DNA of 48,090 nt. It comes from an uncultured Cryomorphaceae bacterium. Its GTDB lineage: Bacteria > Bacteroidota > Bacteroidia > Flavobacteriales > UBA7430. The notes under the pieces were generated by a model. That model had not been told where the DNA came from. It made no database searches and saw only the letters and a list, made by a program, of their open reading frames with translations. Positions 9,750-18,883 of this stretch are shown here, one piece after another. The stretch is from positions 1 through 48,090 of the forward strand of contig CACDER010000003.1 of the NCBI GenBank assembly GCA_902551855.1, in the 5' to 3' direction. Numbering within the stretch: position 1 is the first letter of the stretch; every line of letters begins with the position of its first letter. Position numbers and translations under genes: made by a program.

Positions 9750-10664
9750 TTAATTGGAGTAAAATTTATTAGTTATGATATCACCATTTTGAGTTTCAAC
9801 AATTAGAAAATAGATTCCAGTATTTAAGTTTAGTTTAATTTTCTGGTCAACTATTTTACCATGATTAATTAAAGATCCAATTGAATTTAATACACTATAT
9901 TTTAATCCTATTAAACTTTTATCTTTAAATTTTATAGTTTCATTATAGACATAAAAATTATTATTTATTTCTAAATTTTTATCAATATTAAGATTACTTT
10001 CAGATAACCTTACATCATCTATATAGTACAAAGCAGATTCTCCAGCTGGAGCAGCTGCATAGAAGTTTAAACCATCTAAAACAGAAGATGGTCCAGCAGA
10101 ACCGTTACTCCATGTAAAAGACTGAGATTCTATACCATTAAACGAAGGTACAATTAAATCGGATTCCATATCAATGGCAAGTTGAACTCTAAACCAAGAA
10201 GCGTTAGGATATTCAAAGTTTATTTGAGTTGCAGCATCAACATCAATATAGCCACTACCATCTTGAGAAAAATATACTTCAAATGCCCAATTGTTACCTT
10301 GAGCCCCAACAAACTGATGAAGTATATTAAAATATCCACCAAAATCTGCTTCAATATACATCATGAAAGAAAGATTCCAAATACCACTTGAAGCACCACC
10401 TAATGGAAGAACAATATCTGTTGTTCCTCCAGCTGCAGCGGTTTGTTGAATGAGCATAGAGTTTTCCCCTCCAAAAGAAACAGCAGAACTTACCGGTGTA
10501 TCTTCCTCAGAGCCTGGATTATTTAACCAAGTAACCCATACACCATTTGATGTTTCCGCAATTAAGCTGCCAGGTGAATAATTTTCAAAATTTTCATATA
10601 TATTTTGAGAATGCAAATTAATAAACGAGAAAATACTAATAATGGAAAAAATTTTAAATTTCAT
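9750..10664 (-). CDS. Secreted protein with probable T9SS type-A C-terminal sorting domain
   Basis: Signal peptide ending 'LHSQ', a beta-rich acidic core ending 'YYIDDV', and a C-terminal 'YSVLNSIGSLI...LNTGIYFLIVE...ITNKF' CTD-like pattern. The YPNP motif is absent. Confidence 0.7.
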   Translation of the reverse strand: MKFKIFSIISIFSFINLHSQNIYENFENYSPGSLIAETSNGVWVTWLNNPGSEEDTPVSSAVSFGGENSMLIQQTAAAGGTTDIVLPLGGASSGIWNLSFMMYIEADFGGYFNILHQFVGAQGNNWAFEVYFSQDGSGYIDVDAATQINFEYPNASWFRVQLAIDMESDLIVPSFNGIESQSFTWSNGSAGPSSVLDGLNFYAAAPAGESALYYIDDVRLSESNLNIDKNLEINNNFYVYNETIKFKDKSLIGLKYSVLNSIGSLINHGKIVDQKIKLNLNTGIYFLIVETQNGDIITNKFYSN

Positions 10665-10766
10665 AGTTAAATATCATTTTGATTGTTAATTTTTTAAATA
10701 TAATAAATTATTTAAACAGAAAAAAGATATATTTAAGTAACAATATTAAATTATAAATAAAATTCT

Positions 10767-11747
10767 ATGGAAATGAGAATATTTTTTGCTGTTTTATTAT
10801 TTTCCATTAATTGCGGTTTACTTAAGTGTCAGAATCCATATTTAAAAAATGGTTATGGATACGTTAATGTTGATGGCGGAAAAATTTGGTATGGTATACT
10901 TGGTGAAGGAACAAAAACACCATATTTATATCTTCATGGAGGGCCAGGTGGAAAAAGTGAAGGGGGGATTTATTTAAATGGAATATCAGATGAGCGACCA
11001 GTGATATTTATTGATCAGTTAGGTGGAGGGCTTTCAACCTACCATGAAGACACCACACTTCTAAAGGTCAATAAATTTGTGGAACAGGTCAAAGTAATAA
11101 CTAATGAATTGAATTTAAATGAATTTTATCTAACTGGACATTCATGGGGTGCTGCCTTAGCTCTAGAATACTATTTAAAATATCCCGAGGGGATAAAAGG
11201 AATAGTATTTAATAGTCCTTTCTTCTCGACTCCAATTTGGGTGGCTGATTGTGATACTCTGATTACTCAATTACCAAAGAGTACTCAATATGATATTATG
11301 GTAGCTGAAAAAACAAATACTTTTGAAACCAAATCATATCAAGATGCTATGATCATTTTTTATAAAAACTTTATGATTAGATCGAAAGATGTCAACTGGG
11401 AAACTATTCCTGGGTATGAATTATTCAATAGTTCTTTTAATCGCGAAAATATTAGTGGTAATAATTTTATATACAATTATATGTGGGGGCCAAGTGAATT
11501 TAGTCCAACAGGAACATTAATTAATTATGAGATTAATGATTCTTTAAGAAAAATAATTGTTCCAGTTCTATTTACTACTGGAGAGTTTGATGAAGCTCGA
11601 CCATCAACAGTTAAAAGATTTGTCTCTCTTGTCTCAGGTGCAGAGTATATTGAGATTCCTAATTCAGGACATGCAAGTAATATAGACAATCCTAAGATAC
11701 TTATTAAGGCTCATAGAGATTTTGCAGAAAAAATTGATAAAGAATAG
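10767..11747 (+). CDS. Proline iminopeptidase-family (S33) alpha/beta hydrolase with signal peptide
   Basis: 'LHGGPG', 'DQLGGG.S', nucleophile 'GHSWG', 'YNYMWGPSEF', 'GEFDE', 'SGH'. Confidence 0.9.
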   Translation: MEMRIFFAVLLFSINCGLLKCQNPYLKNGYGYVNVDGGKIWYGILGEGTKTPYLYLHGGPGGKSEGGIYLNGISDERPVIFIDQLGGGLSTYHEDTTLLKVNKFVEQVKVITNELNLNEFYLTGHSWGAALALEYYLKYPEGIKGIVFNSPFFSTPIWVADCDTLITQLPKSTQYDIMVAEKTNTFETKSYQDAMIIFYKNFMIRSKDVNWETIPGYELFNSSFNRENISGNNFIYNYMWGPSEFSPTGTLINYEINDSLRKIIVPVLFTTGEFDEARPSTVKRFVSLVSGAEYIEIPNSGHASNIDNPKILIKAHRDFAEKIDKE

Positions 11748-11860
11748 AAAATAAAATTTTTTTTAATTATTAATTTGAATGGAAAATCTAATTGAAAGTG
11801 AGGTTTTTTCTGAATAAAAATGATTTTAATTTCAATCTTTTTAAAAAATTTTAATGACAC

Positions 11861-12379
11861 TTACCAATTTTTATTATCCATAAATATTGTTTGAACATAG
11901 TTGTCAGCACTGAATGTTAGGTTATATTTATTGTCTAAGATGTTAATTAATACAATATTAGTTTGATGGCGATATAATTCTAAAAAAAGAGTGTTTTGTA
12001 TTGTTATTATTTTTAAATTTTCTTTTTTATCAATATTGGAAATTTCAAAGTACAAAAAGATATCATGTAAATTATTGCTCAATTCTTTCCCCACCCACTT
12101 ATATTCTTGTATATTGTTGTTTACTGAAAGCTTTAAATTATTTTCAAAGTATTCAACAATTTTCTTTTCGAGAGAAATGTTTTTATGATTATCCAAAAAA
12201 TTAGTTAATTTTTTAGAATATTTATTTTCAATTGATTTTTCAAGATCTTTTAAAGCAACTTTAATAGTAATTTCCATTGATTTTGTTTCATTATTATAAT
12301 GAAAAGTTGAATGAGTTACATGAAAGTCATGAAATTGAAAAAATAATGTGGTAGCCAATAAAAAGAAATTATTTATCAT
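11861..12379 (-). CDS. DUF6702-like exported protein
   Basis: Signal peptide followed by 'HDFHVT', 'DLE', 'WVGKE', 'N..F.EL...QTNIV'. Overlaps the M1 peptidase stop by 11 nt. Confidence 0.7.
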   Translation of the reverse strand: MINNFFLLATTLFFQFHDFHVTHSTFHYNNETKSMEITIKVALKDLEKSIENKYSKKLTNFLDNHKNISLEKKIVEYFENNLKLSVNNNIQEYKWVGKELSNNLHDIFLYFEISNIDKKENLKIITIQNTLFLELYRHQTNIVLINILDNKYNLTFSADNYVQTIFMDNKNW

Positions 12380-14711
12380 TTTTTAATCTTTCTTTAATTA
12401 TTTTTTCTCGCTGCATGGGATTTATATTATTTTCTTGTTTTTGTTTAAATAACTGAAATCTAGTTGGCTCTTTTTTAGTTGGCCAATAGTTATTATTTCT
12501 ATCAGTGTCGGCTGTTTCTAAAAAGGGATCTAAAACTATATTTGAAAGCTCTTTATCCAGTATGAATACTTTTTTAACAGATTTTGAATTCATTTTCCAT
12601 ATTTCTGCTGGAATCCTAATAGTTTCTTTGGTACCATCTAAATATAAAAATTCTAATATTATAGGCATAACTAATCCTCCAATATTTGAGAATTGGATTT
12701 CATAATAATTTTTATCAGAATTTAAGATTAGTTTTTCATTATTATTAAGTTTTTTCATGAAGTTTATATAATCTTCTCTATCTAAAATATTTGTGTCATA
12801 TGGATCGAATGTTGTATAAAAATCTGTAGTATTTTTATCATACTCTGTTATTGTTTTGGGAATTGATATTTTATTTTTACTGTATCCAATGTAAGTATTT
12901 TGATTTTTTTCGTTTTCTTTTGCTATTGGGTTTTCAACATCAGGATTCTTGGTATCAATTTTATACCAATTTACTTTATCAAGTGAAATATCAACATGAT
13001 CATTAGTGTAGAACCAACCTCGCCAAAACCAATCAAGGTCAACAGCACTAGCATCTTCAATAGATCTAAAAAAATCTGCAGGAGTTGGGTGTTTGAATGC
13101 CCATCTTTTGCTGTATGTTTTAAAGGCATAGTCAAATAAATCTCTACCCATAATCGTTTCGCGTAATATATTCAATGCAGTTGCGGGTTTACCGTATGCA
13201 TTATTCCCAAATTGAAGGATAGATTCAGAATTTGTCATTATTGGGACAATACCTCTTTTATCTCCTTTCATATATTCTACAATGTTGGAGGGAGGTCCTC
13301 TTCTAGAGGGAAAGTTTCTTTCAAATTCTTGCTCAGTAATATATTGAACAAAAGTATTTAATCCTTCATCCATCCATGTCCATTGTCTCTCATCAGAATT
13401 AATAATCATGGGGAAAAAATTATGTCCAACCTCATGAATGATAACTCCAATCATTCCATATTTTGTCCTTTCAGAGTATGTCCCATCTTTTTCGGGTCTC
13501 CCAAAATTAAAAGAAATCATTGGATACTCCATTCCAATAGATTTTGAATGTACGGAGGAAGCTTGAGGATAAATGTAATTTATAGTATAATTAGAGTAAA
13601 TTTTTAGCGTATGGGCAACTACTTTAGTTGAATATTTTTCCCATAAGGGATTTCCCTCTTTTGGATAGTAGCTGTAAGCCATAACTTTTTGCCCTGAAAT
13701 ATCTACGGCCATTCCATCCCATATGAATTTTCTGGAACTGGCCCATCCAAAGTCCCGAATATTTTCAGCTTCGAAAATCCACGTTTTTTTGTATTCACTT
13801 TTTGTTTTTTCATTTTCAAGTGCCTCTTCTTGGTTAACAATAATTACAGGATCTGTAAAGTTATTTTGGGCTTTTTCCAATCTTTCAATCTGGATTTTAT
13901 TTAAAACATTTGAGTAATTCTTTAGTTCACCTGTTGCTGCAACAATATGATCTGCTGGCACAGTTATACTTACCCTATAATCTCCAAATGGTAATGAAAA
14001 TTCTCCTCTGCCCAAAAACTGTTTATTTTGCCAACCCTCTACTTCATTGTAAACAGCCATTCTTGGGAAAAATTGAGCAATTGTGAATATAGAATTGTCA
14101 TCGTCTTCAAAATATTCATATCCGCTTCTTCCACCAATCTTCATTCTGTCATTAATATTGTAGAAGTACTTTATTTCAAATGAAAATTTTTGTCCTTTTT
14201 TTAATGACTTAGGAAGTTCTATTCTCATCATAGTTTCATTGACTATATATTGTAATTTTTTACCATATAAATCACGTACTTCCAATAATTTAAACCCTCC
14301 GTCAAAATTCATATTATCATGTATTCTTTGTATAGTACTAAAGCTCATATTTTTTTTTATACTACTAGTTTTAGTTAGTTGGCTATGAGAATTTTTAGCA
14401 CGTATATTTTGGTCTAACTGAATCCATAAGTAACTTAAAACATCAGGAGAATTATTGGTATAAGTTATTTTTACATTTCCTGATAATATTGATGTCTTTT
14501 CGTCCAATTCAACATTTATCTCATAATCAGCTTTTTGCTGATAGTATTCATGACCTGGAGCCCCACTTGCTGTTCTATAGACGTTAGGGGTAGGTAATTC
14601 TTGATGTAATTGTCTAAACTTGTTCGTATTTAAATTTTCTTGAGCTATTAGATTAGACAACATTGAAATAAATAAAAAAATAAGATTCGATTTATTTGAG
14701 TTTATATACAT
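12369..14711 (-). CDS. M1 family zinc aminopeptidase, exported
   Basis: 'GMEYPM', 'HEVGH-x18-E' (WMDEG), 'AYGKP', 'YRTASGAPG..YYQQ.ADY'; signal peptide. Confidence 0.95.
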   Translation of the reverse strand: MYINSNKSNLIFLFISMLSNLIAQENLNTNKFRQLHQELPTPNVYRTASGAPGHEYYQQKADYEINVELDEKTSILSGNVKITYTNNSPDVLSYLWIQLDQNIRAKNSHSQLTKTSSIKKNMSFSTIQRIHDNMNFDGGFKLLEVRDLYGKKLQYIVNETMMRIELPKSLKKGQKFSFEIKYFYNINDRMKIGGRSGYEYFEDDDNSIFTIAQFFPRMAVYNEVEGWQNKQFLGRGEFSLPFGDYRVSITVPADHIVAATGELKNYSNVLNKIQIERLEKAQNNFTDPVIIVNQEEALENEKTKSEYKKTWIFEAENIRDFGWASSRKFIWDGMAVDISGQKVMAYSYYPKEGNPLWEKYSTKVVAHTLKIYSNYTINYIYPQASSVHSKSIGMEYPMISFNFGRPEKDGTYSERTKYGMIGVIIHEVGHNFFPMIINSDERQWTWMDEGLNTFVQYITEQEFERNFPSRRGPPSNIVEYMKGDKRGIVPIMTNSESILQFGNNAYGKPATALNILRETIMGRDLFDYAFKTYSKRWAFKHPTPADFFRSIEDASAVDLDWFWRGWFYTNDHVDISLDKVNWYKIDTKNPDVENPIAKENEKNQNTYIGYSKNKISIPKTITEYDKNTTDFYTTFDPYDTNILDREDYINFMKKLNNNEKLILNSDKNYYEIQFSNIGGLVMPIILEFLYLDGTKETIRIPAEIWKMNSKSVKKVFILDKELSNIVLDPFLETADTDRNNNYWPTKKEPTRFQLFKQKQENNINPMQREKIIKERLKNDK

Positions 14712-15049
14712 TTTAAGCGAATTATTAAAAGTAAAATTAATACTAATAAATTAAAAATTAATTAATTTATGAAAATTAAATGATTAAATTCTTATGGAGT
14801 TATCTGACATAAATTTATAAGAGTTTAACTATTACCTATTTTTGTTATTTATTGAAAATAAATTATTAAAAACTTTCAATTTTATTTTTAATTATTTTTC
14901 AACAAATTAAATAGTTAGTATAATGTCTCAATCATTATTTTAAGGTAAATTTAAAATGGTTATTTAGGACTCATATCTTATGGTATTAATAAACATCTGA
15001 TGTATTAAATGTAAATAGTTTTTATAGGGGTTTAAATTTAAAATAATAA

Positions 15050-15057
15050 TATATTTG
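15050..15057 (+). promoter_or_regulatory. -7 box (TATATTTG) only 3 nt before the start codon at 15061
   Basis: Exact TAnnTTTG match immediately upstream of the ATG. Confidence 0.55.
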
Positions 15058-15060
15058 TGA

Positions 15061-16233
15061 ATGCGAAAAAATAGAATAGAGTCAATTGATTTTTTACGAG
15101 GATTAGTTATGGTAATAATGGCGTTAGACCATGTAAGAGACTATTTTATTTTTGGATCATTTACTTCTAATCCAACAGATTTAACCACAACAACACCGAT
15201 ACTTTTTTTTACTAGAATAATTACTCATTATTGTGCTCCAGTTTTTGTATTATTAACTGGTACTTCAGCATATTTGTACGGGTACAAGAAGAATAGACAA
15301 AAGCTATCTAAATTTTTATTTATCAGAGGAATTTGGCTTATTTTTTTAGAGATAATTGTGAATAATTTTTTGTGGTTTTTTGATCCATCATTTTCGATAA
15401 TTATCCTACAAGTTATATGGGCTATAGCATTTGGAATGTTATTTCTTTCAGTAATTATCTATTTAACTAATAGACTTATTTTGATAGTTGGTTTATCAAT
15501 TGTGTGTTTCCATAATTTATTTGATTCTATTGTTTTTGATGGTCAAGGTGTAGCTTCGATTCTTTGGTACTTTCTTCATCAAGGTGGTCTTGTGAAGATT
15601 TCAGAAAGTACTAGTGTAGTATTTGGGTATCCAATAATACCATGGATAGGTTTGATGGCTATTGGTTATGCTATGGCCCCCATTTTTGTTAACTATCATC
15701 AAAAAGAAAGACGATATTTATTAATAAAATATAGTTGTTTCTCTATTGTCTTATTTTTAATGCTAAGATATTTTGACATCTATGGTGAACCCAATTCTTT
15801 AACCAAACAAGATAGTGTTATATTTACAATAATGGATTTTTTGAACACAACTAAATATCCCCCTTCACTGCTATATATTTTAATGACTATTGGGCCTTCG
15901 CTTTTAGTATTGGCTCTTATTGAAAAGATTAAAAATAGATTAACAGATTTTTTTATAGTATTCGGAAGGGTTCCTTTGTTTTATTATTTTTTACATATTT
16001 TTGTAATTCATGTATTTGCCATTATTTTGTTAATAATTAATGATGGTGACCCTAGTATAATGTTCAATATGACTCCCTTTGTCGGTCAAAATCAACAATT
16101 AGTTGAATATGGTTATTCTCTTTGGGTTGTATACTTAGTTTGGTTTATTGTCATATTAATATTATATCCTTTATGTTATAGATACATGGAGTATAAAAGA
16201 TCTTCTAATAAATGGTGGTTAAGTTATTTATGA
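15061..16233 (+). CDS. DUF1624 / heparan-alpha-glucosaminide N-acetyltransferase-like membrane protein
   Basis: 'RIESIDFLRGLVMVIMALDHVRD', 'THYCAPVF', 'YPIIPW', 'KYPPSL'; about 10 hydrophobic segments. Confidence 0.88.
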   Translation: MRKNRIESIDFLRGLVMVIMALDHVRDYFIFGSFTSNPTDLTTTTPILFFTRIITHYCAPVFVLLTGTSAYLYGYKKNRQKLSKFLFIRGIWLIFLEIIVNNFLWFFDPSFSIIILQVIWAIAFGMLFLSVIIYLTNRLILIVGLSIVCFHNLFDSIVFDGQGVASILWYFLHQGGLVKISESTSVVFGYPIIPWIGLMAIGYAMAPIFVNYHQKERRYLLIKYSCFSIVLFLMLRYFDIYGEPNSLTKQDSVIFTIMDFLNTTKYPPSLLYILMTIGPSLLVLALIEKIKNRLTDFFIVFGRVPLFYYFLHIFVIHVFAIILLIINDGDPSIMFNMTPFVGQNQQLVEYGYSLWVVYLVWFIVILILYPLCYRYMEYKRSSNKWWLSYL

Positions 16234-16473
16234 TTTAAGCTCATAAAAAACCAGAAAATTAAAATATCGGGAATTATTTTTGACAACTTAAACGAAGATC
16301 AATACAACTTTTTAAATTACGTTAAACAGATCATATAATCTTACTGAAAACTATTATTCTTCTGGTTTGAAATTATTAGATGTGAACTATACTATCAATC
16401 AAATTCCTGGAGTTATTATTAGATTAAGTATTAAAAAGCGGAACGCTATTTCTAAATGAGATAGATTCCTCTT

Positions 16474-16550
16474 TGGTAGCCTTGGAGGGATTCGAACCCC
16501 CAACCCTCAGAGCCGAAATCTGATATTCTATCCAGTTGAACTACAAGGCC
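16474..16550 (-). tRNA. tRNA-Arg (UCG)
   Basis: Reverse complement GGCCTTGTAGTTCAACTGGATAGAATATCAGATTTCGGCTCTGAGGGTTGGGGGTTCGAATCCCTCCAAGGCTACCA. Anticodon stem TCAGA/TCTGA, loop TTTCGGC, CCA encoded. Confidence 0.96.
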
Positions 16551-16558
16551 ATATCGAA

Positions 16559-16566
16559 CAAATATA
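16559..16566 (-). promoter_or_regulatory. -7 box (TATATTTG) of tRNA-Arg
   Basis: TAnnTTTG 8 nt upstream of the tRNA 5' end. Confidence 0.7.
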
Positions 16567-16599
16567 TTATTTTTACATTTATTATATTAGATATTGTAA

Positions 16600-18882
16600 A
16601 TGAATCAGAAAGCCATTTTATTTTTTTTATTAATTTATAATCATGTTTTCAGTCAATCCATAAAAGTAGGAGATTGGAGAGATCACCTATCTTATAATAA
16701 GGTTAACCAAGTAATAGAGTATAAAAATAAAATTTACGCTTCAACGGACGAAGCTTTATTTAAATACAACCCCAATAGTGAAAGAATAAAAAAAATCAAT
16801 TTATTAAATAAATTATCTGATATTGGAGTTACCCATATAAATAAATTTTCTGAGGGAGTAATTATTGGTTACAGTAACGGAAATATTGATATAATAAAAG
16901 ATAATTTAACTATTAATATTCCAGATTTAAAAAATTCTTCAATAATTGGGAGTAAAATTATTAATAAAATTGTTATTGATTCTAATTACGCATTTTTAGC
17001 TTGTGGTTTTGGAATAGTTGTTTTAGATTTAGAACGAAACGAAATTAAAGAAAACTATTTTATTGCAGAAAATGCTAGTTATATAAACATACAGTCATTG
17101 ATCATTGATAACGAATATATATTTGCATCAACTGAAAACGGCATTTATTTTGTTAATAGATTTGAATCAAATCCATCAAATTATAATAATTGGGTAAAAA
17201 TAAATTTTAGAGAAAATTCCAATTTCAATCTTATAGATAAATTTAATGAATATTTGATATTGAACAAAAAAAGTTATGAATTAAATTTAGACACACTTTT
17301 TGCTTATAATTTAATTAATGATACTTATGATATAATATTGTCCAATAGAAACTTTCAAAATATTAAAAAATATCAATACGAAAATAATAATAACGTTTAT
17401 GAAGATTTAATTGTCGTTGATAGGTGGGATATAAATATATTTGATGAAGAATTAAATTTAAAAAATAATATTAACAGACAACACATAGATGTTTATTTGT
17501 CAGATTTCAGAGATGTTATCATAAATGAAATGGGTTATTGGATTGCAGATAAAAATAATGGATTAATAAATTTTAATCAAGGTGTAACTAAAATAATTAA
17601 GCCTGATGGACCATATAAAAGTTTTGTATCAGAAATATCATATATAGATAATTCTATATTTCTTGCTCATGGCAATAAAAATGAAAATTGGGATCCAACT
17701 TGGACAAAATCAGAAATATCAATTTTGAATTCTGATTCTTGGAGTTATTCAAATTCAGTAATTGTTAATGAATTTTGGGATATTGTATCAATAAATAAGT
17801 TAGGAGAAAATATATTTTTAGGAAGTTGGCAAAAGGGTATTGGTGTTATTTCATCAGAGGCATGGATAAATAGTTATGATGAACTTAATAGTTCATTACA
17901 AAAAAGAACAAGTTATAGTGATTGGATTAATATTGGGGATATCAAGTTTGATAATGAAGGAAATTTGTGGGCAACAAATTCTCAAGTGTCACACCCAATT
18001 TCAAAAAGAAATTTATCTGGACAGTGGACTGCATACTCTTTAGAAAACATCTCAGAAAATCAAAACCTATCCAAATTAATAATTGATAGAAATAATCAAA
18101 AGTGGATTCAATTAAAAAATAATGGTTTAATTGTATTTGATGAAAATAGAATTGGCTCTAAAGTGAAAAAATTATCAGTTTTAGAAAGTGAAGGCTCATT
18201 AAATTCAAATAGAGTATATTCAATTATTGAAGACCTTGATGGAGAAATCTGGATAGGTTCAGATAATGGAGTAAATGTATTTTACAATCCTAATCAAGTT
18301 TTTTTAGGGGAAGAATCTAGTAAAATTACAGTTTCGCTTGGTGGGTATAATTCTTATTTACTAGATGGTCAAACTGTAAATGATATTGAAATAGATGGTG
18401 GGAATAGAAAATGGTTTGCATTGAATAATAGTGGGGTTGTTGTTACAAGTAGTGATGGTTTAGAAGAGATATATCATTTTACAACAAATAACAGCCCATT
18501 ATTTTCAAATAAGGTTCTAGATATAGAATTTAATGATAATACAGGTGAAGTATTTATGGCAACAGATAAAGGGTTAATTTCTTTCAGATCAGATGCAACA
18601 AAAGGAGCAAATGATTTTAATAAGGTAATAGTTTTTCCTAACCCTGTAAAGAGAAATTATGATGGTTTAATAAATATAAAAGGTCTAATATCAAATTCTA
18701 TTGTTAAGATAACAGATATTTCAGGTAATTTAGTTTTTGAAGCAAAGTCAAATGGGGGCTCGATAAGCTGGAACGGAATAAATCTTAAGGGAGAAAAAAT
18801 TAGTACAGGAGTATATTTAGTTTTTTGTTCAAATGCTGAGGGAGATAAAGCATATGTTACCAAGTTCCTTTACAATAAATAA
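16600..18882 (+). CDS. porZ: T9SS component PorZ (two beta-propellers plus type-A CTD)
   Basis: 'GDWRDHLSY', 'LSDIGV', 'IIGYSNGNIDII', propeller repeats ('FDNEGNLW', 'EDLDGEIWIG', 'IDGGNRKW'), CTD 'VFPNPV...KITDISGNLV...TGVYLV'; directly upstream of recO. Confidence 0.88.
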   Translation: MNQKAILFFLLIYNHVFSQSIKVGDWRDHLSYNKVNQVIEYKNKIYASTDEALFKYNPNSERIKKINLLNKLSDIGVTHINKFSEGVIIGYSNGNIDIIKDNLTINIPDLKNSSIIGSKIINKIVIDSNYAFLACGFGIVVLDLERNEIKENYFIAENASYINIQSLIIDNEYIFASTENGIYFVNRFESNPSNYNNWVKINFRENSNFNLIDKFNEYLILNKKSYELNLDTLFAYNLINDTYDIILSNRNFQNIKKYQYENNNNVYEDLIVVDRWDINIFDEELNLKNNINRQHIDVYLSDFRDVIINEMGYWIADKNNGLINFNQGVTKIIKPDGPYKSFVSEISYIDNSIFLAHGNKNENWDPTWTKSEISILNSDSWSYSNSVIVNEFWDIVSINKLGENIFLGSWQKGIGVISSEAWINSYDELNSSLQKRTSYSDWINIGDIKFDNEGNLWATNSQVSHPISKRNLSGQWTAYSLENISENQNLSKLIIDRNNQKWIQLKNNGLIVFDENRIGSKVKKLSVLESEGSLNSNRVYSIIEDLDGEIWIGSDNGVNVFYNPNQVFLGEESSKITVSLGGYNSYLLDGQTVNDIEIDGGNRKWFALNNSGVVVTSSDGLEEIYHFTTNNSPLFSNKVLDIEFNDNTGEVFMATDKGLISFRSDATKGANDFNKVIVFPNPVKRNYDGLINIKGLISNSIVKITDISGNLVFEAKSNGGSISWNGINLKGEKISTGVYLVFCSNAEGDKAYVTKFLYNK

Positions 18883-18883
18883 T

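Noticed and set aside
12349..12356. TGGTAGCC matching the 3' end of tRNA-Arg as a possible att duplication
   Set aside because: It is only 8 bp, lies inside a coding region, and has no integrase nearby. A chance match is likely.
14993..15003. ACATC-T-GATGT inverted repeat upstream of DUF1624 as a possible operator
   Set aside because: It is too short, occurs once, and has no regulator gene nearby.
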